DNA of 63,224 nt, counting the filler, from Candidatus Ancaeobacter aquaticus (GTDB lineage: Bacteria; Auribacterota; Ancaeobacteria; Ancaeobacterales; Ancaeobacteraceae): the NCBI GenBank assembly GCA_030765405.1. It is 5 parts of 5 records of this genome, joined end to end, with 100 filler letters (N's around TTAATTAATTAA, not from the genome) between each part and the next. Parts side by side here need not be neighbours in the genome. Positions count along the whole stretch, not along the records: positions 60,009 to 63,224 come from JAVCCP010000032.1; 4 more parts are not named here. One strand, written 5' to 3'. The notes under the pieces were generated by a model, which ran no database searches, was not told where the DNA came from, and saw only the letters and a program-made list of their open reading frames with translations. The position numbers and the translations under genes were made by a program. Numbering within the stretch: the first letter of the stretch is position 1; each line of letters starts with the position of its first letter. Shown here in pieces: positions 60,478 through 63,224 of the stretch.

Positions 60478-60706
60478 CATATTTCAGGGACACCATACTA
60501 AATTCAGAACTTCATACATGGGATCCACAGCAATCTTACCTAAATAGCTGCGAATTAATAGTTTCCCCGGATAGTTTGTGATAAAATGCTTCAGATAAAA
60601 GATTTTTTTTAAGAGATTTAATTCTTCAAAAGTGATTTCTTGGCGCACGGGACGGATCACTTAATTATTGCAATCTCGTCATTGATACATATATTATTGT
60701 GCCTGA
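60478..60706 (+). repeat. Dispersed non-coding element, copy 3
   Basis: Same left end as 40811; shares blocks with 36552-36780. Confidence 0.9.
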
Positions 60707-60921
60707 GGGTGGCAGCTCCCCTTTTCTACCATTATCAGGCAACACGGACGGTCGGAATGCAAATCTTTTTGAGGAAGTCATTATATAGTACAAACAAATA
60801 AAGGTAAATATACTAAGATAATAATTCACGATGCACACGATAGTCTCATTAATACAAGTAAATACAAATAAATCGGGACACTTAATTATTGAGTATAAAA
60901 CGGTTTGTTGATAAGATAGCC

Positions 60922-61259
60922 ATAGAATTCTGGGCATATTGCCTGATGGATAATCACGTGCATTTCATAGCAGTTCCAAAAAAGTAAAAATAGTTTCTCA
61001 AAAGGATTTGCTCAAACGCACAAGCTCATGTGAATAAAACAAAGAACAGATATTTATCGGATAATTTCCTGGAAGAAGAAATACTCGACTGGGGGGAATA
61101 TTTGTTAGATGATATTGATGATAAGAAGAGCCAATTTTTATTGGGCATGTCGACACTGGTAGACCATTAGGGGATCAAGAATTTATAGAAGAAATCGAAA
61201 AATGTGAAGGAAGAATGCTGAAACGGAAGAAGCCGGGGCCCCAGAAGAGATTAAATTAA
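60922..61259 (+). pseudogene. REP-associated tyrosine transposase (RAYT / IS200-like Y1) remnant
   Basis: WAYCLMDNHVHFIAVP (HUH motif) then a stop; later frames give GHVDTGRPLG and QEFIEEIEKCEGRMLKRKKPGPQK; catalytic Tyr region apparently deleted. Confidence 0.8.
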
Positions 61260-61396
61260 GTGTTCTGTCACTGGAACTACATTAAAAGTTTTTGCGGCAA
61301 TAATAAATTTTATTTTATTTGATTTATTGCTATAATAAAAAACGAACCTAACTCTTTTAAAATTTAAAATACATTTTAATAAACAAAGGGTGTAGT

Positions 61397-63016
61397 ATGA
61401 AGCTATCTCGAAGGTCTTTTATAAAATATTCTGTAGCCGGAATCGCATTGGCAAAACTTATTCCTCTCTCGCATCTCTTTGCCGCTGTCAAACAAGTACG
61501 GCCGGATAAAAAGATATTTGTCCCCGGCCTTGCCAAAGCAAGTGAGTTTATTAATCAAAAAAACGGTAAGACATTCATTGCAGGATACCCCGTCCAATGG
61601 TGGATAGATAAATACGGGCTTCCTTTAACCATAAACTATGCTCCCGATATCCGTAAAAACATCCGTGGTTTCAAAAATGTTTTTACTAAATATTACCCCA
61701 AAGGTGATATTCGCTACGCAGTAAAAGCCAATGCGCATCCCACTATCCTATCCCTGGTCAATGAAGAAGGTGCCGGAGCGGATGTGGCTTCCGAAAATGA
61801 GGCAAAATGTGCCCTCCAAGGGAATATAGATCCCGAACATATTGATGTAAATGGCAATTCAAAATCAGAAGCATTGATCGAGATGGCGTTAAAGAAGAAT
61901 ATGCATATCGTAGCGGATAATATCGAGGAATTCCTTGTTATCTCCGCATTGGCTAAAAAACATATGTCAAAACCCAAGGTTGTCCTGCGTCTTGCCGGTT
62001 ACGATCTCAAAAATGTGACAGACGAAGGTGTATTTACAGCCGGTAAGTGGTGTAAGTTTGGCGCTAGTATCAAAGACCTTCCACGTTTTTACTCACTGCT
62101 TCCTAAACATCCTCACATAGATTTTCTAGGATTTCACACGCATATAGGTTCACAAATAACAGCTATCCAACCATATAGCAAAGTACTGGGCAAGCTTATT
62201 GAGTTTTCTAAAGCCCTTAATGAGAAAGGCGGAAAATGCAGGTTAATCAATATTGGCGGAGGGTTTCCTGTCAGTTATTTCAAAACCCGTAAAGAATGGG
62301 ACGAGATATTGGAACTGATACGTAATGGATATATCGCGTTACAAAAAGGCGATGATTCAAAGGTATGGATCTGGGGTGGAGAACCGGCCATGTTTATGGA
62401 CCAAACCACGGGAAAAATAGACCTAAAAAACTGGATCGGTGAAGAGTCCTATTCTGAGTTCCCACAACATCTTATGCTTGAAGCTATTTTTAAAAATAAC
62501 GTTACAATAAACGGCCAAACTATGAACGCGGTAAAGGCATTAAAAAGCATAGGTGAACCTACTATTGTAGTTGAACCGGGAAGAGCTATTGCTGAAACGA
62601 GCGGAGTTTCCTTAATGAAGGTTACTGCCATAAGGAAGATCCCAAGCGGCCATAACATGATTGCTGTGGATGCAGGATCTGTTAATTACGCCGACTCAAT
62701 TGCTAGAGACTATCTAATGCGCCGTTGGACACTAGCTGAAAACAACAAGGAAACGGACAAGGAACCATTTGACGCATTTGTTGCTGGACGGCTCTGTTTT
62801 AATGCAGATATAATATGCAGGATAAAAAAAAGATTCCCGAGAAAACCAAAAGAAAATGAGGCCGTACTAATACACAACGCGGGGGCATATTGTTCCCAAT
62901 TCTTCGCGGCCAATACTAATTCTTTCGCAAGGCCTGCAAGGGTTATTTGCTATGAAGACGGCTCTGTTGCATACATAAGAAAGAAAGATACATACGACGA
63001 GATATTCTCACAGTAG
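61397..63016 (+). CDS. Fold-type III PLP-dependent decarboxylase (LysA/ODC family) with a twin-arginine signal peptide
   Basis: SRRSFIK Tat motif; YAVKANAHP, HIGSQI, NIGGGFPV, EPGRA, GRLCFNAD, AGAY. Confidence 0.85.
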   Translation: MKLSRRSFIKYSVAGIALAKLIPLSHLFAAVKQVRPDKKIFVPGLAKASEFINQKNGKTFIAGYPVQWWIDKYGLPLTINYAPDIRKNIRGFKNVFTKYYPKGDIRYAVKANAHPTILSLVNEEGAGADVASENEAKCALQGNIDPEHIDVNGNSKSEALIEMALKKNMHIVADNIEEFLVISALAKKHMSKPKVVLRLAGYDLKNVTDEGVFTAGKWCKFGASIKDLPRFYSLLPKHPHIDFLGFHTHIGSQITAIQPYSKVLGKLIEFSKALNEKGGKCRLINIGGGFPVSYFKTRKEWDEILELIRNGYIALQKGDDSKVWIWGGEPAMFMDQTTGKIDLKNWIGEESYSEFPQHLMLEAIFKNNVTINGQTMNAVKALKSIGEPTIVVEPGRAIAETSGVSLMKVTAIRKIPSGHNMIAVDAGSVNYADSIARDYLMRRWTLAENNKETDKEPFDAFVAGRLCFNADIICRIKKRFPRKPKENEAVLIHNAGAYCSQFFAANTNSFARPARVICYEDGSVAYIRKKDTYDEIFSQ

Positions 63017-63098
63017 TAAAAGGGTACGCTTCTAAGTATCCCCTTTTACTTGGTCTTACCAGAAATATTTATCCAGTCAGCAACATTACCTAATAATA

Positions 63099-63224
63099 AT
63101 GAAGAAAGAACTCCGCAAAGGAAAAAGAATAGACTTCCGCGGATTCGGGACATATCACACTATCAAACTTCCAAGCAGAATCTATCAAGACCCCGTCACA
63201 AACAAGATAATCTCCATACCATCC
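63099..63224 (+). CDS. HU/IHF-family DNA-binding protein fragment, cut by the window end
   Basis: GKRIDFRGFGTY...R..QDPVTNKIISIP resembles the HU signature; N-terminal helices not evident. Confidence 0.55.
   Translation, partial: MKKELRKGKRIDFRGFGTYHTIKLPSRIYQDPVTNKIISIPS

Noticed and set aside
36552..60706. The repeated element or heptamer arrays as a CRISPR array
   Set aside because: No regularly spaced identical repeats with unique spacers and no cas genes in the window.
63130..63153. TAGACTTCCGCGG as the IS left end and ATTCGGGACAT as another 13-mer copy
   Set aside because: Both fall within the HU-like coding signature (IDFRGFGT), so coincidence is more likely.

Overview
The window is five assembly contigs joined by artificial 100-nt linkers (N44-TTAATTAATTAA-N44): A 1-21643, B 21744-36451, C 36552-40937, D 41038-59908 and E 60009-63224. 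Adjacency across linkers is therefore not evidence of linkage. The DNA is from an AT-rich, diderm bacterium (TonB-dependent receptor, Tat signal); a PVC/Omnitrophota-like origin is only a guess. Contig A begins and ends in a perfect 127-bp inverted repeat. It carries a PLD-nuclease/winged-helix fusion, an N-formylglutamate amidohydrolase-like / DUF1704 metallopeptidase / ATP-grasp ligase / diadenylate cyclase operon, treS-maltokinase, glgE, mgtE, two MFS paralogues, an MscS channel, a truncated IS and an XRE regulator. Contig B is the core tilS-ftsH-folP-cdaA-cdaR-glmM-pdxJ-nnr cluster plus three tRNAs and a second FtsH. Contig C is a toxin-antitoxin island in which all three putative toxins are broken and their partners are intact. 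Contig D holds fba, an amt remnant, a Na+-type V/A-ATPase operon, fabD, a TSUP exporter, a secreted NagB/kinase-like fusion and a cobalamin riboswitch with btuB. Contig E holds an IS end, a group II intron remnant, a RAYT remnant and a Tat-signal PLP decarboxylase. The best candidates for novelty are: (i) a dispersed non-coding element with a sharp GGGACAC-containing end that truncates unrelated genes and lies next to a RAYT pseudogene; (ii) the putative peptide-tag writer/eraser operon coupled to a diadenylate cyclase; (iii) the secreted NagB/kinase-like fusion; (iv) the signal-peptide PLD/replication-initiator-like fusion beside the inverted terminal repeat. All functional calls come from motif recognition by eye; no searches were run.
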